From Octopus sinensis (taxonomy: Eukaryota): a stretch of 13,129 nt of DNA. The position numbers and the translations under genes were made by a program. The notes under the pieces were generated by a model. The model was not told the DNA's origin. It was given only the letters and a program-made list of their open reading frames with translations, and did no database searches. The DNA is taken from contig NW_021826338.1 in assembly GCF_006345805.1 (NCBI RefSeq), positions 1 through 13,129 of the forward strand, read 5' to 3'. Below, in pieces: positions 1 through 9,255 of this stretch; position 1 is the first letter of the stretch; each line of letters starts with the position of its first letter.

Positions 1-152
1 ATTCCGCCGAGGTCGACTTTGCCTTTCATCCTTTCGGGGTCGATAATTTTAAGTACCAGTTGCCCACTGGGGTCGATGTAATCGACTTAATCCCTTTCTC
101 TGTCCTTGTTTGTCCCTTCTATGTTTAGCCCCTTGTGGGTAGTAAAGAAATA
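1..152 (+). mobile_element. SINE family A, 3' part (cut by window edge)
   Basis: Near-identical to the 3' two-thirds of the copies at 5744-5975 and 8741-8973 (attccgccgaggtcgactttgcctttcatcc...gtgggtagtaaagaaata). Confidence 0.9.
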
Positions 153-163
153 TATATATATTC

Positions 164-378
164 TTTCTTTTCTTTTATTCTCTTACTTGTTTCGGTTATT
201 TGACTGCGGCCATGCTGGAGCACCGCATTTAGTCGAATCAAATCGATTCCAGGTCTTGTTCTTTGTAAGCCTAATACTTATTCTATCGGTTCTCTTTTGC
301 CGAACCGCTAAGTTACGGGGACCTAAACACACCAGCATCGGTTGTGAAGCGATGTTGGGGGCACAAACACATATACAC

Positions 379-446
<68 letters not shown>

Positions 447-611
447 CACAGACACACACACACACATATTTGACAGTCTTCTTTCAGATTCTGTCTACCA
501 AATCCACTCACAAGGCTATAGTAGAAGTCACTTGCCCAAGGTGCCATGCAGTGGCACTGAACCCGGGACCATGTGGTTGGGAAGGAAGCTTCTTACCACA
601 CAGCCACGCCT
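164..611 (-). mobile_element. SINE family B (tRNA-like head, internal (CA)n, degenerate tail)
   Basis: Colinear with four other copies in the window. The head read on the minus strand is ggcgtggctgtgtggtaag...ggtcccgggttcagtgcc (A-box and B-box like). It carries a 17-nt internal deletion. Confidence 0.9.
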
Positions 612-870
612 ATACATACATACATACATACATACATACATACATACATACATAAATATATACATACATACATACACACATATATACATACATACACACA
701 CACATACTTACATACATGCATACAAACATACATACATACATACATACATACATACATACATACATAAATACATACATACAATCATGTATATAAATATACA
801 TGTTTACGTAACTCTCGCGCGCACACACGCACAAACACACACACATATACATACACGTACGTACTACTAT
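612..870. repeat. (TACA)n/(CA)n microsatellite
   Basis: Direct inspection. Confidence 0.95.
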
Positions 871-873
871 TTC

Positions 874-1860
874 TATCCCTGTATACACACACACGTTAAT
901 ATGTCCTCTCAGCTTTGTGCATGTATTTGCGTATGTAAATGTATGTATGTATGTATGTATGTATGTATGTATGTATGTATGTATGTATGTATGTATGTAT
1001 GTATGTAGATGTATGTATGTATGTATGTAAGTATGTATGTAGATGTATGTATGTATGTATGTAAGTATGTATGTAGATGTATGTATGTATGTATGTATGT
1101 ATGTATGTATGTAGATGTATGTATGTATTTATGTATGTATGTATGTATGTATGTACGTACGTACGTATGTATGTATGCATGTATGATGTGAATGTATGTA
1201 GTATATGTATGTATGTATGTACGTACGTACGTATGTATGAATGTATGTATGAATGTATGTAATCCCTGTATACCACACATGAATGTATGTATCCCTGTAC
1301 ACACACACGTAATAGTCCTCTATCAGCTTGTGCATGTATTTTGTATGTAAATGTTGTATGTTGTAAGTATGTATGTATGTATGTATTATGTATGTATGTA
1401 TGTATGTAGGTATGTATGTTGTAGATGTATGTATTATGTACGTATGTATGTATGTATGCATGTTATGTAGATGTATGTATGTATGTATGTATGTATGCAT
1501 GTATGTATGTATGTATGTATGTATGTATGTATTTATTATGTATGTAGTACGTATTACGTATGTGTATGCGTACGTATGTATGTATGAATGTATGTATGAA
1601 TGTAGATGTATGTATATATGTATGTATGTATGCATGTATGTATGTATGTATGTATGTATGTATGTATGTATGTACGTACGTACGTACGTACGTATGTATG
1701 TATGAATGTATGTATATATGTAGATGTATGTATGTATGTATGTATGTATGTTGTATGTATATATGTACGTATGTATGTATGTATGTATGTATGTTGTATG
1801 TATGTATGTATGTATGTATGTACATACGTACGTATGTATGTATGTATGTATGTATGTATA
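874..1860. repeat. (TATG)n/(TACG)n array with a duplicated ~65-bp unique anchor
   Basis: tatccctgtatacacacacacgttaatatgtcctctcagctttgtgcatgtattt at 874-941 recurs at 1290-1353, with a partial copy at 1262-1280. Confidence 0.9.
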
Positions 1861-2123
1861 GGTCTGTGTATAAGCGAGTCATTCTATGTATAGCTGTGGG
1901 TGTATGTCTGTGTGTGCCTGTGTCAGCGAACGGACATGCTCGCACATGAATGCAAATAATAGCTAACCGCTGTTGCGTGGGGGTTACTACAGCCAGCGGT
2001 CGATCACAACTCTGTGTCTATTGAAATTACATTTGAAGCTATTTTCCTTCTTTTCGTCCACCAGCATCGACAATGAAACAGAGAGGATGTATTAGGTTGT
2101 AACGAAAGTTCTGTCCACTATTG

Positions 2124-2533
2124 ACTCTCTTCTACTCTTTTACTCTTTTACTTGTTTCAGTCATTTGACTGCGGCAATGCTGGGGCACCGCCTTTAATCG
2201 AGCAACTCGACCCCGAGACTTATTCTTTTGTAAGCCCAGTACTTATTCTATCGGTCTCTTTTGCCGAACCGCTAAGTAACGGGGACATAAACACAGCAGC
2301 ATCGGTTGTCAAGCAATGCTAGGGCGACAAACACACACACACACACACACTTTTATATATACATATATACGACGGGCTTCTTTCAGTTTCCGTCTACCAA
2401 ATCCACTCACAAGGCATTGGTCGGCCCGAGGCTATAGTAGAAGACACTTGCCGAAGGTGCCACGCAGTGGGACTAAACCCGGAAGGATGTGGTTGGTAAA
2501 CAAGCTACTTACCACACAGCCACTCCTGCGCCT
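2124..2533 (-). mobile_element. SINE family B, full length
   Basis: The head ends at cactcctgcgcct (2533) and the tail is (actctttt)n at 2124-2150. Colinear with the reverse complement of 3943-4360. Confidence 0.92.
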
Positions 2534-2869
2534 ATTTGTTTTAGAATACAAACCTGACATTTAATACCGCAAATTTAATCATCTTTATAATTTCCTTCAT
2601 TTTTTTTTTCTCCTACCATTTCTCTCTCTTTTTCAATGATTGATTTGAAGAATTCTCTGCGTTTGAATTAAAGAATAATTTAAAATTATTATTGTATTTC
2701 TAAGTCTTCGCCGCTGGTGGCCATATTTTCCGTTCTATATGGGTTTGCTAGGTTCGTAAATTGCGACGGAAAGACTCTGACGAACAAAGCAGATTGCTTG
2801 ATTGACCGAATGACGAATCAAACAGGCAATTAATTAATTGGTTAAATGTTTAACTAGTTTTCTAATAAC

Positions 2870-2942
2870 AGCAACAACAACGACAATAATATGGTGATGA
2901 TGATACTACTACTACTACTACTAATAATAATAATAATAATAA

Positions 2943-2974
<32 letters not shown>

Positions 2975-2992
2975 TTCTAATAATAATAATAA

Positions 2993-3023
<31 letters not shown>

Positions 3024-3113
3024 AAGGAGAAGAAGAAGAAGAAGAAGAAGAAGAAGAAGAAGAAGAAGAAGAAGAAGAAGAAGAAGAAGAAGAAGAAGAA
3101 GAAGAAGAATGAC

Positions 3114-3179
<66 letters not shown>
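2870..3179. repeat. Compound trinucleotide array (CAA, CTA, TAA, GAA, TAA, TTA)
   Basis: Direct inspection; explains ORF 2977..3264. Confidence 0.95.
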
Positions 3180-3181
<2 letters not shown>

Positions 3182-3464
3182 GAGAATGATCCTTGGCTTA
3201 CCATCCCTGCAAGAAGTGCAAAAGATTGTCTTAACTGGTACACCAAACGTATTGAGAAGAGCATTGTCGATGTGAGAACTATTACTACCCATGTATTTTA
3301 ATTTAACTTTAAGAAAAAATTAAAAAAATGAACGAACTATTGAGTTTAGTTTAATGGCCTACCAATGTATACTATGAGTTTCTTTGCCCTAGGAGTCGGG
3401 AAGACACTCGGCAAGAAATGGAAGCAAATTTGAAAGAAAAAGAAAAAAAATAATAATAATAATG

Positions 3465-3522
<58 letters not shown>
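3180..3522 (+). mobile_element. 5'-truncated R4/Dong-like non-LTR retrotransposon: ORF C-terminus, 3' UTR and (TAA)n tail
   Basis: 3180-3275 translates MRMILGLPSLQEVQKIVLTGTPNVLRRALSM*, resembling from memory the R4-clade C-terminal LQKxxLLGTAxILRKVL motif. A 3' UTR with a gagtc-gggaa-gacactc stem-loop follows, then an A-run and (TAA)n at 3451-3522. Confidence 0.7.
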
Positions 3523-3523
<1 letters not shown>

Positions 3524-3942
3524 GTGAAATAGAACCACTGCCTGTGTTTATTGGCATAATGACACTCCTACCGCTTCAACTTGTTTCCATCGAGTCTCTT
3601 GCAAACCAAACACAAGAGCAAAACAAAGCTTTTTTATTTTTCAATAAGTATTCTCTCTCTGTATATCAGAATATATTTAGACACAGTTTTTATTTGCCCT
3701 CACTAAACTTTTGCACCTTACCAGCGCTATTTCATGCAACAGAGAAAGTTCTGTATTGTATCTATTTAAAAATGCAAACATGATATTTCCATTCATCCAG
3801 CCATCCATTTTCGCAGCCCAATATTTCTGGGAGAGTCATATAGCCAGAAACGTTAGTCAACGCCTCCACAAGGTCTAATCAGAAACGAAACATGATATTT
3901 AATACTGTGAATTTAATAATCTTTATAATTTCCTACATAATA

Positions 3943-4360
3943 GGCGCAGGAGTGGCTGTGTGGTAAGTGGCTTGCTTACCAACCACATGGTTCCGGGTTC
4001 AGTCCCACTGCGTGGCATCTTGAGCAAGTGTCTTCTACTATAGCCCCGGGCCGACCAAAGCCTTGTGAGTGGATTTGGTAGACGGAAACTGAAAGAAGCC
4101 CGTCGTATATATGTATATATATATGTGTATGTGTGTGTGTTTATGTGTCTGTGTTTGTCCCCTTAGCATTGCTTGACAACCGATGCTGGTGTTTTTATGT
4201 CCCCATCACTTAGCGGTTCGGCAAAAAGAGCCCGATAGAATAAGTACTGGGCTTACAAAGAATAAGTCCCGGGGTCGAGTTGCTCGATTAAAGGCGGTGC
4301 TCCAGCATGGCCGCAGTCAAATGACTGAAACAAGTAAAAGAGTAAAAGAGTAAAAGAGTA
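3943..4360 (+). mobile_element. SINE family B, full length
   Basis: ggcgcaggagtggctgtgtggt (A-box like), ggttcagtcc (B-box like), the cttgagcaagtgtctt segment, and tail (gtaaaaga)x3. Confidence 0.92.
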
Positions 4361-4373
4361 ATATTCTCTTTTC

Positions 4374-4575
4374 AAGGCGGCGAGCAGGAAGAATTGTTAC
4401 CAAGCCGAACAATATACTTAGCGGTGTTTCGTCCGCCATTACGCTCTGTGTTAAAATGCCGCTGGGGTCGACTTTGCTTTTTTTTTTTTTTATACATATC
4501 CTTTGAGTCGTTGTAATCAAGTTAATCTCTTTCTCGAAATTACTGGCCTTGTGCCAAAATTCGAAACCAATATTT
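4374..4575 (+). mobile_element. Old diverged SINE, family A-related variant with alternative 3' end
   Basis: aaggcggcgagc head, ttagcggtgtttcgtc and ggggtcgactttgc; the tail ctggccttgtgccaaaattcgaaaccaatatt resembles 6085-6114. Confidence 0.8.
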
Positions 4576-4847
4576 TATTACTTCTTACCATCTTTTTTGT
4601 AAGTTTTGCTAAGCGTGATTTGAAGAATTCTTTGGGTTTTCAATTTAAACATATATCGAAGTCATTTTCTTTCTTTTTTATTTTTGGTATCATGTCCTGC
4701 CAGTCCTACTTTCCTTGTTTATAAGGATTTTGCAAAAGATGTAAATATGTTGTAGCCTGATGAAGCAATGTCTGGGGAATATGGAGATTGTAGAACGTTT
4801 TTTCCCCCAACCGAACGATTCCAGAACATTTTTAGTAACGTGAGGTC

Positions 4848-5258
4848 TTTTTTTTTTTTTTTTTACTTGTTTCAGTCATTTGACTGCGGCCATGCTGGAG
4901 CACCGCCTTCAGCCGAGCAAATCAACCCCGGGACTTATTCTTTTGTAAGCCCAGTACTTATTCTATCGGTCTCTTTTGCCGAACCGCTAAGTAACGGGGA
5001 CATAAACACATCAGCATCGGTTGTCAAGCAATGCTAGGGGGACAAACACAGACACACAAACACACACACGCATATACATATATAAACATATATACGACGG
5101 GCTTCTTTCAGTTTCCGTCTACCAAATCCACTCACAAGGCTTTGGTCGGCCCGAGGCTATAGTAGAAGACACTTGCCCAAGGTGCCACGCAGTGGGACTG
5201 AACCCGGAACTATGTGGTTGGTAGACAAGCTACTTACCACACAGCAACTCCTGCGCCT
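4848..5258 (-). mobile_element. SINE family B, full length with poly(A)-type tail
   Basis: Colinear with the other B copies; T-run at 4848-4864 lies at the 3' end. Confidence 0.92.
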
Positions 5259-5589
5259 TCGTGTATTATTTTGATGTAAAAGAATCCCACCCTTCTGCGA
5301 GTTATTTAGGCAGAATGTTTTCTATTCAAAGCAATTTTCAAAAGGTGAAATTGCTGACAGTAGTCTTCAGAAATAAATATTTCATTCGGCCCTTAAAGCT
5401 TATAATGAATAAATCCTTCCCAATCATCCCAAACACTCAACAAAATTTTCTTTGGTCGATGTTCCCCTCATGGGTGTGGCACAAGTTTTCGATGTGGGTT
5501 TAGCCGCTGTCCGCAGTGCTTAATATCACTGTAGGGGAAAAGGCGGCGAGCTGACGGAACGGCTAGCTTGCTGGGCGAAATGCCTAGCG

Positions 5590-5733
5590 GTACTACTCTA
5601 CCTTTGATATCCTTGTTGCTTATTTTGATTATATATACATAGATATATACATACATATATACACCCTTAGTCTCTTCTTTCTTGGGAATAGTTATAAAGA
5701 AAGAAAAGAATAAACTTGAGAGAATAAGAGAAA
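5590..5733 (+). repeat. Direct copy of 6571-6714 (post-cleavage segment of the HHR element)
   Basis: 144 bp with 3 substitutions at a constant offset of 981 bp, by manual alignment. Confidence 0.92.
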
Positions 5734-5743
5734 GAGAGAATAA

Positions 5744-5975
5744 AAGGCGGCGAGCTGGTAGAAACGTTAGCACACCGGGCGAAATGGTTAGCGGTATTTC
5801 GTCTGCGTTACGTTGTGAGTTCAAATTCCGCCGAGGTCGACTTTGCCTTTCATCCTTTCGGGGTCGATAAATTAAGTACCAGTTACGCACTGGCGTCGAT
5901 GTAATCGACTTAATACCTATGTCTGTCCTTGTTTGTCCCCTCTGTGTTTAGCCCCTTGTGGGTAATAAAGAAATA
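5744..5975 (+). mobile_element. SINE family A, full length
   Basis: A-box-like tggtagaaacgttag, B-box-like gagttcaaattcc and 3' end aaagaaata; highly similar to 8741-8973. Confidence 0.92.
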
Positions 5976-6378
5976 GGTATTTCGTCCCGTCCTTTCGTTC
6001 AGAGTTCAAATTTAGCCGAGGTCGACTTTGCCTTTCATTCTTTCGAGGTCGATTTAAGGGACTTAGCCCCTCTCTCGAACTTGTTGGCCTCGTTCAAAAA
6101 TTGAAATCAATATTAAAGTAAAGAATCCATTTCTAAGCTCTAATCTTGATCCGGTTTAAGAATGATCCTTAGAGGCTACGTGTATGGAGTGATTCACAGC
6201 AGTCAAACCCTAGTAGACAAATTGTATATATACAAACATATATACATACATAGCAAAATTTAGATTCAGATGAATATGGTACTTAAGTTAAAGGCACCAG
6301 AATTTTGTATGGTATTATCCATATAAATCAAATAGGGTGATTATAATCAAAATAAGCAACAAGGATATCCAAGGTAGG

Positions 6379-6464
6379 GTAGTACAATTGTTTCATGCTA
6401 CTTCATTGTATTAAACACTGTAAGTATTACATCAATTTTAAAATGTTGAGCAATCTTCAGCCAC
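6379..6464 (-). ncRNA. Type I hammerhead-like motif, extended stem II
   Basis: GUGG-CUGAAGA-UUGCU-(49 nt)-AGCAU-GAAA-C-AAUU-G-UA^CUAC. Stem I is 4 bp including one G-U. The first stem II pair is a U-U mismatch. Confidence 0.55.
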
Positions 6465-6492
6465 ATATAGAATTTTTCAATTAAACGGACAA

Positions 6493-6577
6493 TGGCTGAA
6501 GATTGCTCGACATTTTAAAACTGATGTAATACTTACAGGGTTTAATACAATGAAGTAGCATGAAACAATTGTACTAC
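6493..6577 (+). ncRNA. Type I hammerhead-like motif, extended stem II
   Basis: UGG-CUGAAGA(6496-6502)-UUGCU...AGCAU-GAAA(6562-6565)-CAAUUG-UA^CUA. Predicted cleavage is after 6573. Stem I is only 3 bp. Confidence 0.5.
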
Positions 6578-7011
6578 TCTACCTTGGATATCCTTGTTGC
6601 TTATTTTGATTATATATACATAGATATATACATACATATATACACCCTTAGTCTCTACTTTCTTAGGAATAGTTATAAAGAAAGAAAAGAATAAACTTGA
6701 GAGAATAAGAGAAAAAGAGAGAGAAGTTGTGTGTGTATGCATCTATGTGTGCATGTGTGTGCGCGCGCGTGTGTGAGTGCGTGTACTAAATGTAAACGCC
6801 GTCATTCTTTGTGGTGTAATAGGCAGCCATCCTTTCCTCTCCAACAAAAATAAATAAATGAATATAAATACATAAAAAAAAACCCGACTGGTTCTGACCT
6901 AGAAATGATGTCAGCAACCTGGTCATTGAATAAAGCTTACATCAAGCAACATCTAATGTCGTTTTTTTTTAATCAGTACTGCTGGTTTAGAAGAACAAGA
7001 TTTTCATTTAG

Positions 7012-7180
7012 AGAGCCACCTACAACACCGCCGCATGCAGACACCTACACTTCCAATACGACATCCAACATGGCGACGACGATGATGCCGTCAACCACCA
7101 AGGCTACCGCTGCTCCCATAAGCACTATTGCCAGCATCTTCTGTGTCGTCGCCGCCATCTTCAACAACGAGATTTGCTAA
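7012..7180 (+). CDS. Candidate terminal exon: Thr/Pro/Ser-rich stalk plus hydrophobic C-terminus (GPI-signal-like)
   Basis: An acceptor-like ttttcatttag ends at 7011. The open frame reads EPPTTPPHADTYTSNTTSNMATTMMPSTTKATAAPISTIASIFCVVAAIFNNEIC*. The sequence is non-repetitive and GC-richer than its surroundings. No other exon was found. Confidence 0.35.
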
Positions 7181-7269
7181 CAGCAGGTCGGTGGATCTGC
7201 AAGCATTGTGAACGATTGGAACGGCGTAGCTTATGTCATGCAGCAAGCTATTGTCATGCATATAGTGTC

Positions 7270-7355
7270 GCAGAATATACGTGCGTGTGCGTGTGTCTGT
7301 GTATGTGTCTACAGAAACATATATATATATACATATACATATATATATATATATT

Positions 7356-7395
<40 letters not shown>

Positions 7396-7454
7396 GCTCT
7401 GTATAAATAAGGATAAATAGAAGGAGAGAAGGAGAAAGATAGCAAGATACGTAT

Positions 7455-7495
<41 letters not shown>

Positions 7496-7608
7496 AGGTT
7501 ACGCATGTATGTTTGTGTGCGTGTGTGTGTGTGTATACATGTATATTTAATATATATGTGTACGTGCGTGTGTGTGTATTGAAATATCAAAAGATACATT
7601 TTTATATC
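7270..7608. repeat. Mixed (TG)n, (TA)n, (CT)n, (CA)n microsatellites
   Basis: Direct inspection. Confidence 0.9.
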
Positions 7609-7667
7609 TAAATACATACAGATGTGTGCATGTATATATATATGTATGTATATGTATATGTATGAAT

Positions 7668-7703
<36 letters not shown>

Positions 7704-7722
7704 GTATGTATAAGTATATCTA

Positions 7723-7753
<31 letters not shown>

Positions 7754-8007
7754 ACTATCTATCTATCTATCTATCTATATATCTATATATATATAATATA
7801 TATTATATATATATATATACACACATACACATATACATATATGTATGTATGTATGCATGCATGTATGTATATATGTAAGCACATACACATGTATGTATGT
7901 ATGAGGACTTATATATAAATACATACAGATGTGTGCATGTATATATATATATGTATGTATATGTATATGTATGAATATATATATATATGTATGTATAAGT
8001 ATATCTA

Positions 8008-8080
<73 letters not shown>

Positions 8081-8085
8081 ATATC

Positions 8086-8117
<32 letters not shown>

Positions 8118-8206
8118 TACATATACATATATATGTTTGTATGCATGCATGCATGTATGTATGTATATATGTAAGCACATACGCATGTATGTATGTATGA
8201 AGACTT
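7609..8206. repeat. Tandem duplication (~307-bp period) of a compound microsatellite unit
   Basis: taaatacatacagatgtgtgcatg starts at 7609 and 7916. Both units contain (TCTA)n and end gtaagcacatac...gactt (7910 and 8206). Confidence 0.85.
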
Positions 8207-9130
8207 TGTTCAACGGCAAACGAGGGAATGGAATTTGTGGCAGCACACTCCTGGAAGCTGTTGGCAAAGGGCTTACTGGGTTTTTTGTTGAATAGGCTGA
8301 TGGAAGATGTCTGCCCTACGATCATCCCTGAATCACAAAGTGGCTTTTCAGATCAGGTAGAGGAACAATCAACATGATATTTTTCTGCCAGACAGATACA
8401 AGGCAAATGCACTGAACAGAAGGTGCCTTTATACCAAGTCTTTCTTGATCTAACGATAGCTTTTGATACGGATAACGGAGATACGGAGATTCACTGTGGG
8501 CAATCCTTGAAAAAGGTCGGGTGCTCACCACTGTTTGTCATTATGTTCAAGTGGTTGCACCAAGACATGGTAGTCTGGGTCATCTTTACCGGAAAATTGT
8601 CTGACGAAGTTCCGATTGACAATGGAATAAAGCAAGGTGATATTCCTTCTCCCCCATTTTTTCTTCTTTTTTTTTGCTATTCTTAACCGTTCTGCTTACA
8701 CATGCATTCCACAACTGTGATAAGGGTATTCTTTTGCAATAAGGCGGCGAGCTGGCAGAATCGTTAGCATGCCAGGCGAAATGCGTAGCCGTATTTCGTC
8801 TGCCGTTACGTTCTGAGTTCAAATTCCGCCGAGGTCGACTTTGCCTTTCATCCTTTCGGGGTCGATTAAATAAGTACCAGTTACGCACTGGGGTCAATCT
8901 AATCGACTTAATCCGTTTGTCTGTCCTTGATTGTCCCCTCTGTGTTTAGCCCCTTGTGGGTAGTAAAGAAATAGGTATTCTTTTGCAATTCAGAACTAAT
9001 GGAAGAGTCTTCAACTTGAGAATGTTCAACTTCAAGTCGGAAACATTTGAAACTTTGATCAGGGAACTCCTTTATGCGGATGATGTTGGCTTCCTGGCTC
9101 ATACTACTGATCACATGCAACAGCGGATCA
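8200..9130 (+). pseudogene. Decayed RTE-clade LINE reverse-transcriptase fragment
   Basis: Frameshifted peptides LLNRL..IIPESQSGF, RGTINMIF, ARQIQGKCTEQKVPLYQVFLDLTIAFD, NGIKQGD, QFRTNGRVFNL and IRELLYADD match the RTE RT motif order. It is interrupted by a SINE. Confidence 0.9.
8741..8973 (+). mobile_element. SINE family A, full length, 16-bp TSD
   Basis: ggtattcttttgcaat at 8725-8740 and 8974-8989; removing the insert restores the RT frame. Confidence 0.95.
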
Positions 9131-9139
9131 TTTTCCTAC

Positions 9140-9255
9140 TTCTTTTAGGGCCTTTTGTCTCTTTCTCTGTCTGTCTGTCTGTTTGTCTCTGTTTCTGTCT
9201 CTGCCTCTCTTTCTCTGTCCTCCCGTGTCTCTCTCTCCCTCTCTCTTACTCTTTC
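9140..9255. repeat. Degenerate CT/CTGT low-complexity tract
   Basis: Direct inspection. Confidence 0.8.

Larger units (their letters stand above)
5540..6114 (+). mobile_element. Old family A-related SINE split into 5540-5592 and 5976-6114 by a composite insertion
   Basis: The head aaggcggcgagctg...gcgaaatgcctagcggta stops at 5592. The SINE resumes as ggtatttcgtc...gaggtcgactttgcc at 5976. GGTA appears at both junctions. Confidence 0.8.
6342..6614. repeat. Long inverted repeat: 122-bp arms, 29-nt spacer
   Basis: Arms 6342-6463 and 6493-6614 match at 118/122 positions with no indels (paired coordinates sum to 12956). Confidence 0.95.
6120..6720. mobile_element. Putative non-autonomous Penelope-like remnant with inverted termini
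   Basis: AT-rich non-coding DNA containing an inverted pair of minimal HHRs. Minimal HHRs and inverted terminal segments are known PLE traits. No PLE ORF is visible and the boundaries are approximate. Confidence 0.45.

Noticed and set aside
106-1949. Long ORFs rich in HT, YIHT and MYVC
   Set aside because: Translations of SINE B and microsatellites that lack stops in some frames.
2040-2100. Polypyrimidine tract plus CAG acceptor at about 2064
   Set aside because: All frames stop within about 12 codons and there is no convincing donor.
2641-2656. 16-mer tgatttgaagaattct also present near 4617
   Set aside because: AT-rich with no flanking homology; compatible with chance.
2977-3264. Poly-Asn/Tyr/Ser ORF
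   Set aside because: Trinucleotide array read in frame.
3943-4020. tRNA-like heads as tRNA genes (also 11835 and 12596)
   Set aside because: They run into multi-copy SINE bodies and tails and lack a complete cloverleaf.
4752-4805. CUGAUGA...GAAC hammerhead-like string
   Set aside because: GAAA is incomplete, the stem II base is mismatched and there is no stem I; at best a dead relic.
5330-5372. Minus-strand CUGAAGA...GAAA
   Set aside because: No stem II closing at GAAA and no stem I.
5462-5539. ttcccct/aggggaa termini with an inner cagtg/cactg hairpin
   Set aside because: Matches are too short; no TSD and no Helitron CTRR end.
5468-5890. 140-aa ORF, and the similar ORF at 6542-6742
   Set aside because: They cross SINE and duplicated non-coding segments; their similarity is explained by the DNA duplication.
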